Part shown: positions 50,100-58,746 of the stretch, in pieces | Layout: every line of letters begins with the position of its first letter | Numbering within the stretch: position 1 is the stretch's first letter | Source of the DNA: a virus | Taxonomy: Duplodnaviria; Caudoviricetes | Strand: one strand, 5' to 3' | IMG/VR virus record: IMGVR_UViG_3300005805_000101 | Span: 1 to 58,746 of that record | DNA length: 58,746 nt | Program-made: the position numbers and the translations under genes | Notes under the pieces: generated by a model | The model's input: only the letters and a program-made list of their open reading frames with translations | What the model was told of the DNA's origin: nothing | Databases searched by the model: none

Positions 50100-53000
50100 T
50101 TAAATCTTCATTAATGTTGGTGTTACTTTAACTGCCAAGTTTGCACCTGCACTACTTGCATTTAGATAAGCAATACCACCTGCAATGTTACATGAGAACG
50201 TTGCCAAATTAGCTGCGCCAGTGAATGTCACTCCATAAACTTCTATACTGCACGTAGTACCATTATGTATTGCAATAACTTCTGCTGCTTGGTACTCGCC
50301 TCCACCACTATCACTTAACTGCACAAAGAACTTGCCGCTTCTATATGTGGCAGTAGCAAATCCATAAACTGCATCTGTAGCACTAGGTGCAACAAATTTT
50401 CCTCTTATATCATCGGTTACATGTTCGGCATTGGTGGTAAAAGTACTGTCAGCAAATAATGTAGTAAAGTGTCCTGGTCTCGCAATATTTGCACCAATCA
50501 CTGTATCATCTAAACTACCTGAACTCAATGATGCACCGGTGATTGTACCACTTACATTTAAATTACTTACATAGAAATAATCAACTCTGTTTGAAGGATA
50601 TCCAATGTTGGCTGTAGTCACTGGATAAAAGTCTCCGTTAGTATCAATTCTCCAATTTTCTACTTTGCCTAGTGAGACATTTCCTGTGTAGAATCTTAGT
50701 GCAGTATCATCAGCAGCAAATTCATTGAACCCACTCAACGCTGCGACACCGGTGACTGTAGAAGTTGTTGTAATTATTCTAGAATCAATTGTGTCACCAA
50801 TAGCAGGTGCCTCAGTGAATGTAATTACATTTCCGCTTACTGAATATGCAGTTGCTGGAATTTGTATAACACCATTGATTGCTACCAAAGTTGCTGCGGT
50901 AGTAGACTCTGCCCCCAAGGTAAATTGTGTATTACTACCATCAACATTACCATTGATATCTCCGCTGGAATTAGAGAATGTTCTTGATACAATAACAGTA
51001 AATGTACTACCAGTATTTTTCCATCCTGCAGTTCCGTAATATTCTAATTCGTTGGTGGTAGTATTGTAACGAATCATGCCCGGCACATCACTGTAGCCAA
51101 GTGAACTTGGTCGTTGAGCTGATGTTCCTTTTGGAATCAACATTGCGTCAATGCTGTTAACAACTAATTTTGCACCTTGTACAATGTTGGCTGTAGTAAT
51201 ATTGCCACCAATACTGATTTGATCGTAAACTGTATCGGCTGCAACAAATAACAAGCTATTATCATTCACACCTCTAATTATGGTGTCGTGTGTTGTTTTA
51301 TTTCCATTAATAACCGCACCTTGGCCTACGTACATATTACCGTTAATTGCAGCGCCACCTGTTCCGGTTATTACTAATGCGCCAGTGGTATTGGCCGTTC
51401 CTGCTGCTGCTGTGTATACTGTAGTTGTACCAGCTGATAGAACTAAATTACCAGATGCTGTTAAACTAGTTGTAGCTGTTAGTGTAGTAAATGTACCAGC
51501 CGCTGGTGTGACATTACCTATAACAGTACTATTAATACTTGCTGCTGTGAGCGTAGTAAATGCTCCGGTGGCAGCTGTATTTGCCCCAATTGGGAAGTTG
51601 TCGGCATAACCGCCAGTGATAAATGCGTTTGCGGTACTAAAGTTTGTAATATTACTAGTTGTAATATAGGCATTTGTCAATGCACTTATATAACCACCAC
51701 TGATTACTGCATTACCTGTACTTAAATTAGTAGCAACTAAAGTTGTAATATTGCCAGTGAAGTTATTCAAAGTTGTAATATTACCAGTGGAAATGTCGGC
51801 TATTGTGAATGCCGCAGTAGATGGTGTTACTGCTCCAATTGGTATATTGTTTATACCGCTTGTGCCTGTACCCCCTCTAATCCAGACTGGACCGGTTGTA
51901 GCTGCCCAGAAACTAGTTGCTGCTCTTAATCCAGTTGCATATACATTAGCAGCGTTTACAGATCCAATAGCTACAGAATCGACAGTTCCGCCGTTTAACG
52001 GATTCATGGTTACTGTTGCCGGCGCACTTTGCGGACTTAAGTAAACATTAGAGGTTACATTAAGAACAGCAGTTTTTGTACTGTTACTTGCTTCCAAGTT
52101 GGTAAAATAACCAGGAGCAGCAGTATTGGCACCGATTGGGAAGTTGTCTGCATAACCACCGGTTATTCTTGCATTAGCTGTACTGAAATTAGTTGCCACT
52201 AATGTAGTCGCATTACCGTTTGTAGCATTAAGAGTGGTGCTGTTAACTGTATATGCATCTATTGTTGTAGCATTCGCAGTAGTGAAATTAGCGGTGCTAG
52301 GTGTAGTTGCACCTATAGGTGTGTTATTAACAGAACCGCCTGTTATTACTGCATTTGCTGTACTTAAATTAGTTGCCACTAACGTGGTTACATTACCGTT
52401 GGCTGAATTTAAAGTATCAATGTTGCCAGTGGTTATGTTAGCCAAGCTGCTATTTAAATTAGCAACGGTCATATTGTTTACACTTATACTAGGTGTAGTT
52501 AGTGTAGTTATATTTGCACTGGTAAAATTACCAGTGAACATTGTAACATCAAAACCAGATAGATTTTTGTTTAATTCCCAACTATCAATCGCGTTAACGT
52601 AAGTTAATTTTGCATTTGCTCCGGCTACAGTTAGTCCGGCACCATCTGCTTGAGCGCCTGATGTAGCATTGGCTGCTACTGTAACATTAAGATCTTCGAC
52701 ATTTAATGTTTCTGTGTTCAGAACGGTGGTATTTCCATACACCGTTAAATTACCGCCGATGAATAAATTACCGCCAATTCCAACACCACCTGTCACTACA
52801 AGTGCACCTGTACTAGTAGACGTTGATTCTACCCCACTGTTAACGCTGATATTTCCCGAAGATGATATATTAGTAAAATTACCACTGGCAGCAGTATTTG
52901 CGCCAATTGGAAAATTGTCGGCGTATCCGCCAGTGACAACTGCATTACCAGTGCTGATGTTTGTAAATTGAGCTGTTGTGGCAGATAAGTTGGCTAAGTT

Positions 53001-54761
53001 GTTGATGTATCCGCCAGTGATAACTGCATTACCAGTGCTAAAATTAGTTGTTTGTGTTGTTGTAGCAGTAAGATTGGCTAGGTTGTTAATATAACCACCT
53101 GTAACAACCGCATTACCAGTGCTAAAATTAGTTGTTTGTGTTGTTGTAGCAGTAAGATTGGCCAAGTTATTGATATAGCCGCCGGTTATTTCTGTATTTC
53201 CGGATATTATACTGCCGCTAAAATTACCAAATATTTCCGAAGCAAAACCTATTAGGTTGCCAAATTTACCATAGTTTGCCTCAACATGATCGGCTTGAAC
53301 ATAGGTTCCAGGCGTGCCACTTATTGTGATGTTTCCGCCTGTAATTATAGCATTTGCAGAACTGAAGTTTGTTGCTACAAGTGTTGTTACACTGCCGTCT
53401 GTGGCAGTAAGATTGGCTAGGTTGTTAATATAACCACCTGTAACAACCGCATTACCAGTACTTATATTAGTTGCAACTAATGTAGAGCCAGATAAGTTAG
53501 TAAATGCACCCGTGCTTGGTGTAGTGTTACCAATTGGAGTATTGTTAATTGCAGCAGCATGTATATTGCCTTTTACTCCTAAGCCTCCATCAACTATTAA
53601 TGCGCCTGATGTAGTTGATGTGCTTGTTGTTGTTGTATTGACTCTTAGTCCAGAATTCGTTACTGTAACTCTTACATTACTATCACCATATTCCCCAACA
53701 TGTAGCTTAATTGCTGACCCAGCTTCATGTGAAAATATAACTAAGTTACCTGCACCTGTTGCAGTATGATGTACCAAGTATCCATCATTTGGATAAAAAC
53801 CAGGATAGGCCGGATCAGCAAAGGTACTCGAATTAATACCTAAATCTATATAGCCATCTGTGTCATTTCCGTTATCCGCTGTTAGTACAAAATCTGTAGA
53901 TGCTTTAGTACCACTGTTGATATTTTGGAAGTTGACTTGGGCGTAAGTGTCTACGTTACCGCTTAGTTGTAAAACCGTTGTTGGCAATACTGTATAAGTT
54001 GATGTACCAGCATATAAGGCGCCAATGCCACCAGCATTACCAAAAAATACACCAGTGTTAGAGAATGTTCCACCTACAGGAACATTGATGTTGCCACTTA
54101 ATTGAATATTACCTGCTACAATATTACCAGCAAATGTGCTAGGGCCCTGGACCCATAGATCCCCAGTAATACCAACTCCGCCGCCACCGGGAACCACCAG
54201 AGCACCGGTGGTGTAGTTTGTTGCGTTTTGTCCAGAAGCTGCTACAATATTGCCAGTTGAAGTTAAGCCGGATACATTAGTATTTGTAACATTTAGGGTA
54301 GTAATTGTGGCTGTTTGAGCAGTTATAGCATTGGCAACAGTAATATTTCCAGCTATTAAATTAGCCTTGAATGCACGATTGATTGTACCTTGTGTAGTTC
54401 CTGTTTCTGTTGTTAATACAGTAATAAATGCGCCGTCGGATTCTGACCAGACAAGTGCTGCGTTCACTCCACCGTAGTTTCCCAGGCTACCTAAAGCTCG
54501 ATTAAACAATAGACCAACATCGTATGCAGGAACACCAACATACCCGTTGTTAAGAGTAATTAGACTGTCAGATACTAATGTGTCAATTGAACTAACTGTG
54601 GTTGTATTGCCGGTTACAGTAAGATTTCCGGCAATACTTACGTTAGAATTAAATGTTAAATTTGCATTAAATAGACTACCAACTAATGTTCCTGCCGCGA
54701 TTTTTTGAAACGTAATTGTGCTATCAGTGATCTGATTATTCTTAATTCTAGTAACGGCCAT
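50100..54761 (-). CDS. Long fibre-like structural protein with Asn/Thr-rich repeats
   Basis: 1553 aa; repeated NFSTGNAVVTGG..., IG..TP....FT, TGALVV.GG.GI; PKGTSAQRP....GMIRYN module. Confidence 0.7.
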   Translation of the reverse strand: MAVTRIKNNQITDSTITFQKIAAGTLVGSLFNANLTFNSNVSIAGNLTVTGNTTTVSSIDTLVSDSLITLNNGYVGVPAYDVGLLFNRALGSLGNYGGVNAALVWSESDGAFITVLTTETGTTQGTINRAFKANLIAGNITVANAITAQTATITTLNVTNTNVSGLTSTGNIVAASGQNATNYTTGALVVPGGGGVGITGDLWVQGPSTFAGNIVAGNIQLSGNINVPVGGTFSNTGVFFGNAGGIGALYAGTSTYTVLPTTVLQLSGNVDTYAQVNFQNINSGTKASTDFVLTADNGNDTDGYIDLGINSSTFADPAYPGFYPNDGYLVHHTATGAGNLVIFSHEAGSAIKLHVGEYGDSNVRVTVTNSGLRVNTTTTSTSTTSGALIVDGGLGVKGNIHAAAINNTPIGNTTPSTGAFTNLSGSTLVATNISTGNAVVTGGYINNLANLTATDGSVTTLVATNFSSANAIITGGNITISGTPGTYVQADHVEANYGKFGNLIGFASEIFGNFSGSIISGNTEITGGYINNLANLTATTTQTTNFSTGNAVVTGGYINNLANLTATTTQTTNFSTGNAVITGGYINNLANLSATTAQFTNISTGNAVVTGGYADNFPIGANTAASGNFTNISSSGNISVNSGVESTSTSTGALVVTGGVGIGGNLFIGGNLTVYGNTTVLNTETLNVEDLNVTVAANATSGAQADGAGLTVAGANAKLTYVNAIDSWELNKNLSGFDVTMFTGNFTSANITTLTTPSISVNNMTVANLNSSLANITTGNIDTLNSANGNVTTLVATNLSTANAVITGGSVNNTPIGATTPSTANFTTANATTIDAYTVNSTTLNATNGNATTLVATNFSTANARITGGYADNFPIGANTAAPGYFTNLEASNSTKTAVLNVTSNVYLSPQSAPATVTMNPLNGGTVDSVAIGSVNAANVYATGLRAATSFWAATTGPVWIRGGTGTSGINNIPIGAVTPSTAAFTIADISTGNITTLNNFTGNITTLVATNLSTGNAVISGGYISALTNAYITTSNITNFSTANAFITGGYADNFPIGANTAATGAFTTLTAASINSTVIGNVTPAAGTFTTLTATTSLTASGNLVLSAGTTTVYTAAAGTANTTGALVITGTGGAAINGNMYVGQGAVINGNKTTHDTIIRGVNDNSLLFVAADTVYDQISIGGNITTANIVQGAKLVVNSIDAMLIPKGTSAQRPSSLGYSDVPGMIRYNTTTNELEYYGTAGWKNTGSTFTVIVSRTFSNSSGDINGNVDGSNTQFTLGAESTTAATLVAINGVIQIPATAYSVSGNVITFTEAPAIGDTIDSRIITTTSTVTGVAALSGFNEFAADDTALRFYTGNVSLGKVENWRIDTNGDFYPVTTANIGYPSNRVDYFYVSNLNVSGTITGASLSSGSLDDTVIGANIARPGHFTTLFADSTFTTNAEHVTDDIRGKFVAPSATDAVYGFATATYRSGKFFVQLSDSGGGEYQAAEVIAIHNGTTCSIEVYGVTFTGAANLATFSCNIAGGIAYLNASSAGANLAVKVTPTLMKI
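53026..53459. repeat. Exact DNA duplications inside the fibre gene
   Basis: 53-nt identity at 53026-53078 and 53110-53162 (84-nt, 28-aa period); 56-nt identity at 53065-53120 and 53404-53459. Confidence 0.8.
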
Positions 54762-54802
54762 ATTATAAATCCTTGGTAGTATTCAGTAATACGAATATTT
54801 AG

Positions 54803-54820
54803 CCAAATTTATAAATTTGG
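54803..54820. promoter_or_regulatory. 18-bp perfect palindrome next to a late box
   Basis: CCAAATTTATAAATTTGG, 1 nt from the minus-strand TAAATA (54801-54796). Confidence 0.55.
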
Positions 54821-54824
54821 TTTG

Positions 54825-56705
54825 TCACTGATATAATGGTAGAAAATATTCGGCCCCACCAACATAAATCTTTAACCAGCTGGCCGGAGTTGATGTATTT
54901 CCTGGGGTTCCGGAAGTCGATGATATATTTAAATTGCCATTTACTACTGTATTTCCTGTTACTATAATATTTCCAGCTGCAATATTACCAGTATGAGAAG
55001 TCAAATAACTGCTAACTTGTGCATTTCCATATGTGGCTACAGCAACACCGCCGGCAATATATCTAATTTCAATTATATCAGTTACCAATGGTACTTCAGC
55101 AAATGTAATTTGATTTCCCGATACTGAGTAGGCCCCAGCACCTGATTGTTGAATGGTACCATTAATATTCACTAATATCGAGTTCTCAGTTGTTGATTGA
55201 GCCAGAGTGTAAACAGAATTTATACCATCTGGTATAATTATTTCGGACGTAATAGTTTGAGCACCTTGTATCCATGCTGCACCGGTCCACCATTCAATTG
55301 AGCCTTGATCGGTATTATATCTTAGATAACCATAATCTGGGCTAGGCGGACGTTGAGCTGTATTGCCTGATGCAATATCAACTGCACTGACACTATCAAA
55401 CCTAATGATATTATTAGGGTCATCAGTCGCTGCACTAATGTGCAAATCGCCTGTTAGACTTGTAATTTTTTGTGCTACAACATTGCCAGTAGCAATAAAA
55501 CTTCCAGTTGATATTAAATTTCCCGAGACAGTTAAGTTAGAATTAACAAATACTAGGTCTGAAAAATTGGCTTTCTGTGCTTCAATATTTCCAATAAACC
55601 AATTAGCGTTAACATTGCCCGATAAATTCCCAAATGTCCCAGTTAAGTTACCAACTAAGTTTGCTGTTACATTGCCGCTGCTTATTAAGGCATTAGCAGT
55701 ACTAAAATTATTTGCTTGTACATCTGTATTATATAGTATTCCTCCGGACACTAATATGTTAGCCGAGCTTAAATTATTAATTTGGGCGTCTGTATTTGAT
55801 ATAGATCCGCTAGTTATTAAGGCATTAGCGGTACTAAAATTATTTGCTTGTAAATTAACATTGTAAATTACTCCACCACTAATCAATGCATTTGCTGTAC
55901 TTAGATTGTTTGCTTGTAAGTTAATGTTATATAGAGTACCACCACTAATCAAAGTATTTGCTGAGCTGAAGTTATTAATTTGAGCATTGGTGTTTGATAT
56001 ATTACCACCAGTGATCAAAGCATTTGCAGCACTAAAATTATTTGCTTGTAAATCAACATTGTAAATTACACCGCCGCTTATCAATACATTACCTGAGCTT
56101 AAATTATTTGTTTGTAAATAGGTAATGTTGGCGTAATTTGAATTAATTAAAGCCGAAGATAAATTGCCTATAAACCAAGGAGCAGATACATTACCAGTAA
56201 ATGCACCTCCGTTACTAGAAACACTGCCAACAATGTTTAAAGCGTATATATTACCAGCATAGAAATCATTTGTTGTTGTAACTGAGCCAGTTCCATTTGC
56301 TGCTAATATTAAATTTCCATTTAATGAATTAGTAGATATTACATTACCTGATAAAGATATATTACCAAAAGTTGGATCAAGTTGGCTAATTTCTCCCCAT
56401 TCAAGATTTCCTAACCCATCGGTATATAAAACTTGATTTGTACTCCCGCCAGATATAACTATATTCGAAAGAGAACCAAAATTTATCTTACCCGTATTTG
56501 AAGAAATTAGATTGCCTTCGATTATAATGTTAGCTAATTTTACATTTCCCGGCGTGTCTAAGATATAGTTTGGTGCAGAATTCTGAATGCCAACACGAAG
56601 ATTATTAACATCCAAGTATAAAAGATTAGATTGAAAAGCTAGATCAACACCTTGACGTTCAAGGTTGTTAAACAGCATTGGTCCGGATATACGCCCAATT
56701 GCCAT
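54825..56705 (-). CDS. Fibre-like structural protein with 20-aa Asn-rich repeats
   Basis: MAIGRISGPML..NL.R.GVDL; about 7 copies of NN(F/L)S(T/S/A)AN.LI.GG.(I/L).N...Q; GNTAQRP....GYLRYN module. Confidence 0.7.
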   Translation of the reverse strand: MAIGRISGPMLFNNLERQGVDLAFQSNLLYLDVNNLRVGIQNSAPNYILDTPGNVKLANIIIEGNLISSNTGKINFGSLSNIVISGGSTNQVLYTDGLGNLEWGEISQLDPTFGNISLSGNVISTNSLNGNLILAANGTGSVTTTNDFYAGNIYALNIVGSVSSNGGAFTGNVSAPWFIGNLSSALINSNYANITYLQTNNLSSGNVLISGGVIYNVDLQANNFSAANALITGGNISNTNAQINNFSSANTLISGGTLYNINLQANNLSTANALISGGVIYNVNLQANNFSTANALITSGSISNTDAQINNLSSANILVSGGILYNTDVQANNFSTANALISSGNVTANLVGNLTGTFGNLSGNVNANWFIGNIEAQKANFSDLVFVNSNLTVSGNLISTGSFIATGNVVAQKITSLTGDLHISAATDDPNNIIRFDSVSAVDIASGNTAQRPPSPDYGYLRYNTDQGSIEWWTGAAWIQGAQTITSEIIIPDGINSVYTLAQSTTENSILVNINGTIQQSGAGAYSVSGNQITFAEVPLVTDIIEIRYIAGGVAVATYGNAQVSSYLTSHTGNIAAGNIIVTGNTVVNGNLNISSTSGTPGNTSTPASWLKIYVGGAEYFLPLYQ

Positions 56706-56714
56706 TGTCTGTCC

Positions 56715-57140
56715 TTATGCAGCGTCGGTGCTGTTAAGATTATGCACAACAACAATTTTATTTGGATTTATTCCTGGCGCAGGTGGTGGACTTGTAAAAG
56801 TAATGGTAGTAGTTCCGTTAACAGTATAATTTACATTAGGCTGTTGATATACTCCACCTATTTGAACTAGTATAGCATTTGCATCAACTTCAGACTGACT
56901 CATTGTAAAATTAGTAGTAACTGCGTCTCCGGTAAATTCATCCACAGAAATATTTACAGATCCTATCTTTGCAACTTGTTTCCATGATCCACCTAGAAAA
57001 AATTCTATTCTGCTATTACTAGAATTGAACCTGAATTGTCCGTCAACTGGTACATCGGGCCCTACACTATTACTACCAATTGGTAATTGTATAGCATAAC
57101 TGCCGCCTAGTAATTGTGTATTTTTTAAATAACGACCCAT
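56715..57140 (-). CDS. Small virion structural protein
   Basis: P.G....P..P.DGQFRFN module and FTGD..TT.F....ILV.IGGVYQ.P..NY.....ITFTSPP module. Confidence 0.6.
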   Translation of the reverse strand: MGRYLKNTQLLGGSYAIQLPIGSNSVGPDVPVDGQFRFNSSNSRIEFFLGGSWKQVAKIGSVNISVDEFTGDAVTTNFTMSQSEVDANAILVQIGGVYQQPNVNYTVNGTTTITFTSPPPAPGINPNKIVVVHNLNSTDAA

Positions 57141-57142
57141 TA

Positions 57143-57466
57143 TTATAAACCTATTGTACTTACTGTAGCTACAATTGCATTGCCAATATTTGCATTAGCT
57201 CTGATTGTGTCTCCGGAACTTAAAACTAATTTTTCCCAGTCAATGATATAAGTATCGCCTGCTGTAATAACCTTGTTGTAATATACAATATTATTGCTGT
57301 TAGCTGAAAAACCATTTGGTACTACGTGCATTGTAAATGTTGTAGGCGATGTATTTGTGTTACAAAAATACATTGTGGTCACTGCATCACCGTTAGAAGA
57401 CGAGCACAAGAATAAATTAGCTGCTTCTTGTCCTGAATCTACTAGTACTGTATTATGAATTGCCAT
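57143..57466 (-). CDS. Small virion structural protein
   Basis: 107 aa; FCN......F..HVVP.G......N..Y....I.AGDT.....EKLVL..GD.I.A. Confidence 0.55.
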   Translation of the reverse strand: MAIHNTVLVDSGQEAANLFLCSSSNGDAVTTMYFCNTNTSPTTFTMHVVPNGFSANSNNIVYYNKVITAGDTYIIDWEKLVLSSGDTIRANANIGNAIVATVSTIGL

Positions 57467-57475
57467 GTTTTATCC

Positions 57476-58099
57476 TTAAAGCACCAAAGAATATACAATA
57501 GCTTTTCTAGTGCTAGGTATTTCTCTAGTTGAGTTTTGTGTATTTGTGGTATATAGTCCAGACCCTCCTGCTTCAGGAGATTTTGCCGTAATAATATTAT
57601 AATTAGAAATTGCAGCTGGATTCACTGATGTTGTAGACACCGCTAAGTTATCATCAAATTTTATAACATTAACATTACTGCTGTATATTGTTCTTGCTAG
57701 TACGTTTAAATTTCCACCCAACGTTGGACTTAAATCATCTACTATAGCAATTGCACCGGCGCCGGTACTTGTTGAAATATTAGCAAATGTGGTGCCATCG
57801 GTGGTCAAGGTCCATTTATCTATAGATTCATTCCAGAGTATAGATACATTTGCAGCCGAACCACGATCAACTTCTAATCCAGCTGTTCCTAAAGTTACGC
57901 CTGTGCCAATTTCGCCTTTATTCAGCGTAATTGTATTATCAGAAATACTCAGTTCTGTTTTGGTCACTTGTGTAGTGTTTCCGCCTACTAACAAGTTACC
58001 ATCCACAAACATAGTGTGTGTTGCTACTATAACATTAGCAAGAGCAATGTTTTTATTGGTAATGGTATAATTGCTATTGAGAGCTTTTACCGCGGGCAT
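57476..58099 (-). CDS. Virion structural protein
   Basis: GNL.V.G.TT.V....L.I.DN.ITLN.GE...GV....AG.EVDRG......WNE..D.W, a module shared with the 50100 and 41712 ORFs; TAAATA at 58126-58121. Confidence 0.6.
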   Translation of the reverse strand: MPAVKALNSNYTITNKNIALANVIVATHTMFVDGNLLVGGNTTQVTKTELSISDNTITLNKGEIGTGVTLGTAGLEVDRGSAANVSILWNESIDKWTLTTDGTTFANISTSTGAGAIAIVDDLSPTLGGNLNVLARTIYSSNVNVIKFDDNLAVSTTSVNPAAISNYNIITAKSPEAGGSGLYTTNTQNSTREIPSTRKAIVYSLVL

Positions 58100-58154
58100 C
58101 TTAAATATCCTTGTTCAGTGTATTTATGCTGGATAAACGTTTGCTGAATCCAAT

Positions 58155-58181
58155 AAAAAACCCGCCGAAGCGGGTTTTTTT
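58155..58181 (-). terminator. Bidirectional Rho-independent terminator with C(UUCG)G tetraloop
   Basis: AAAAAACCCGC-CGAA-GCGGGTTTTTTT; the loop reads TTCG on the minus strand, as in T4-type terminators. Confidence 0.88.
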
Positions 58182-58194
58182 AAAACAATATTAT

Positions 58195-58686
58195 TTAATG
58201 ACATTCAACATTAGCAAATGTTGCTGTAGCCGCATTATCACTAGTTCTCCAACGATACCTATTGTTACTAAAGTCCCAAACAAATTTGTTTGAAATACGC
58301 TTGACATAAAAACGAGTACCACTTGTGTTGTATCCAGTCACTGTCATTGCGCCAGCTCCAGTGGCTGCTGCTGCATTTGCTGCGTCTGCACCTGCTGTTA
58401 GCGTTGCTACAGTTACACTAGCATTGCTGTGAGTTGCGTCTTCAATTGCACCAACAGCATTAGCAACTAAAAATTGTCTTGCACCTTTTTGAGCAACAAT
58501 GTATGCATTACCATGGTAAATTCCTGCATCTGTATTAAATTGTACTTTTACAGTCTTTACACCCTGTACAGTAACCCACTGTGGGCGACCACCTGTACCA
58601 CCAATGGAACTAATTGTTGTACTTACTTCTTGATCAACTAATGTACCGTCACTTCTTTCGTGACTAATTTTTAAACCACGTGCCAT
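58195..58686 (-). CDS. Hypothetical protein (probable virion protein)
   Basis: 163 aa; strong SD AAGGAG, own terminator; YIVAQKG..QFLV and F.VKRISNKFV.DF motifs. Confidence 0.65.
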   Translation of the reverse strand: MARGLKISHERSDGTLVDQEVSTTISSIGGTGGRPQWVTVQGVKTVKVQFNTDAGIYHGNAYIVAQKGARQFLVANAVGAIEDATHSNASVTVATLTAGADAANAAAATGAGAMTVTGYNTSGTRFYVKRISNKFVWDFSNNRYRWRTSDNAATATFANVECH

Positions 58687-58746
58687 TTTGTTTTCTCCTT
58701 AAATTGGCGTTCTAGGCCTACGCGGTTGGCGCCGCATAAGTTCTTA

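Noticed and set aside
50725-55866. Numerous 85-167-aa plus-strand Val/Leu/Pro-rich ORFs
   Set aside because: Antisense artefacts of the Thr/Asn/Gly-rich fibre genes.
58700-58746. GTTCTAG-containing hairpin on the plus strand resembling a preQ1 riboswitch
   Set aside because: It lacks the A-rich 3' tail and is on the wrong strand for the adjacent gene.

Overview
A 58.7-kb AT-rich segment of a large T4-like (myovirus-type, Caudoviricetes) phage genome, almost all encoded on the minus strand. It covers the late/virion region: terminase large subunit, probable small subunit, head completion gp4, neck gp13/14/15, an enlarged tail sheath, tail tube, and a long array of fibre/baseplate-type proteins. 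It also carries gp32 SSB, dNMP kinase, a NUDIX hydrolase, an HNH endonuclease, a signal-peptide NucA-type nuclease, a radical SAM protein and a truncated sulfotransferase-like gene. Three things stand out. (1) A glycosyl-/methyltransferase cassette (GT2-TPR, GT32-MTase-GT2-TPR, FkbM-like, Maf-like) sits among genes for a Thr-rich (GPT)n collagen fibre, a C1q-like protein and Asn-sequon-rich fibres, suggesting a BclA-like virion glycosylation system. (2) About 10 kb of unrelated proteins between the terminase genes share an N-terminal MK(I)xE/D(I)I..E leader, an LxxL(A/S)G motif and many hydrophobic-x-E sites, consistent with capsid-packaged, protease-processed cargo that includes LysM and GH19 domains. 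(3) The regulatory grammar is readable: consensus sigma70 promoters, TAAATA late boxes (several placed to give leaderless mRNAs), and hairpins overlapping promoters or RBSs. All product calls come from motif recognition by eye; no database search was run.
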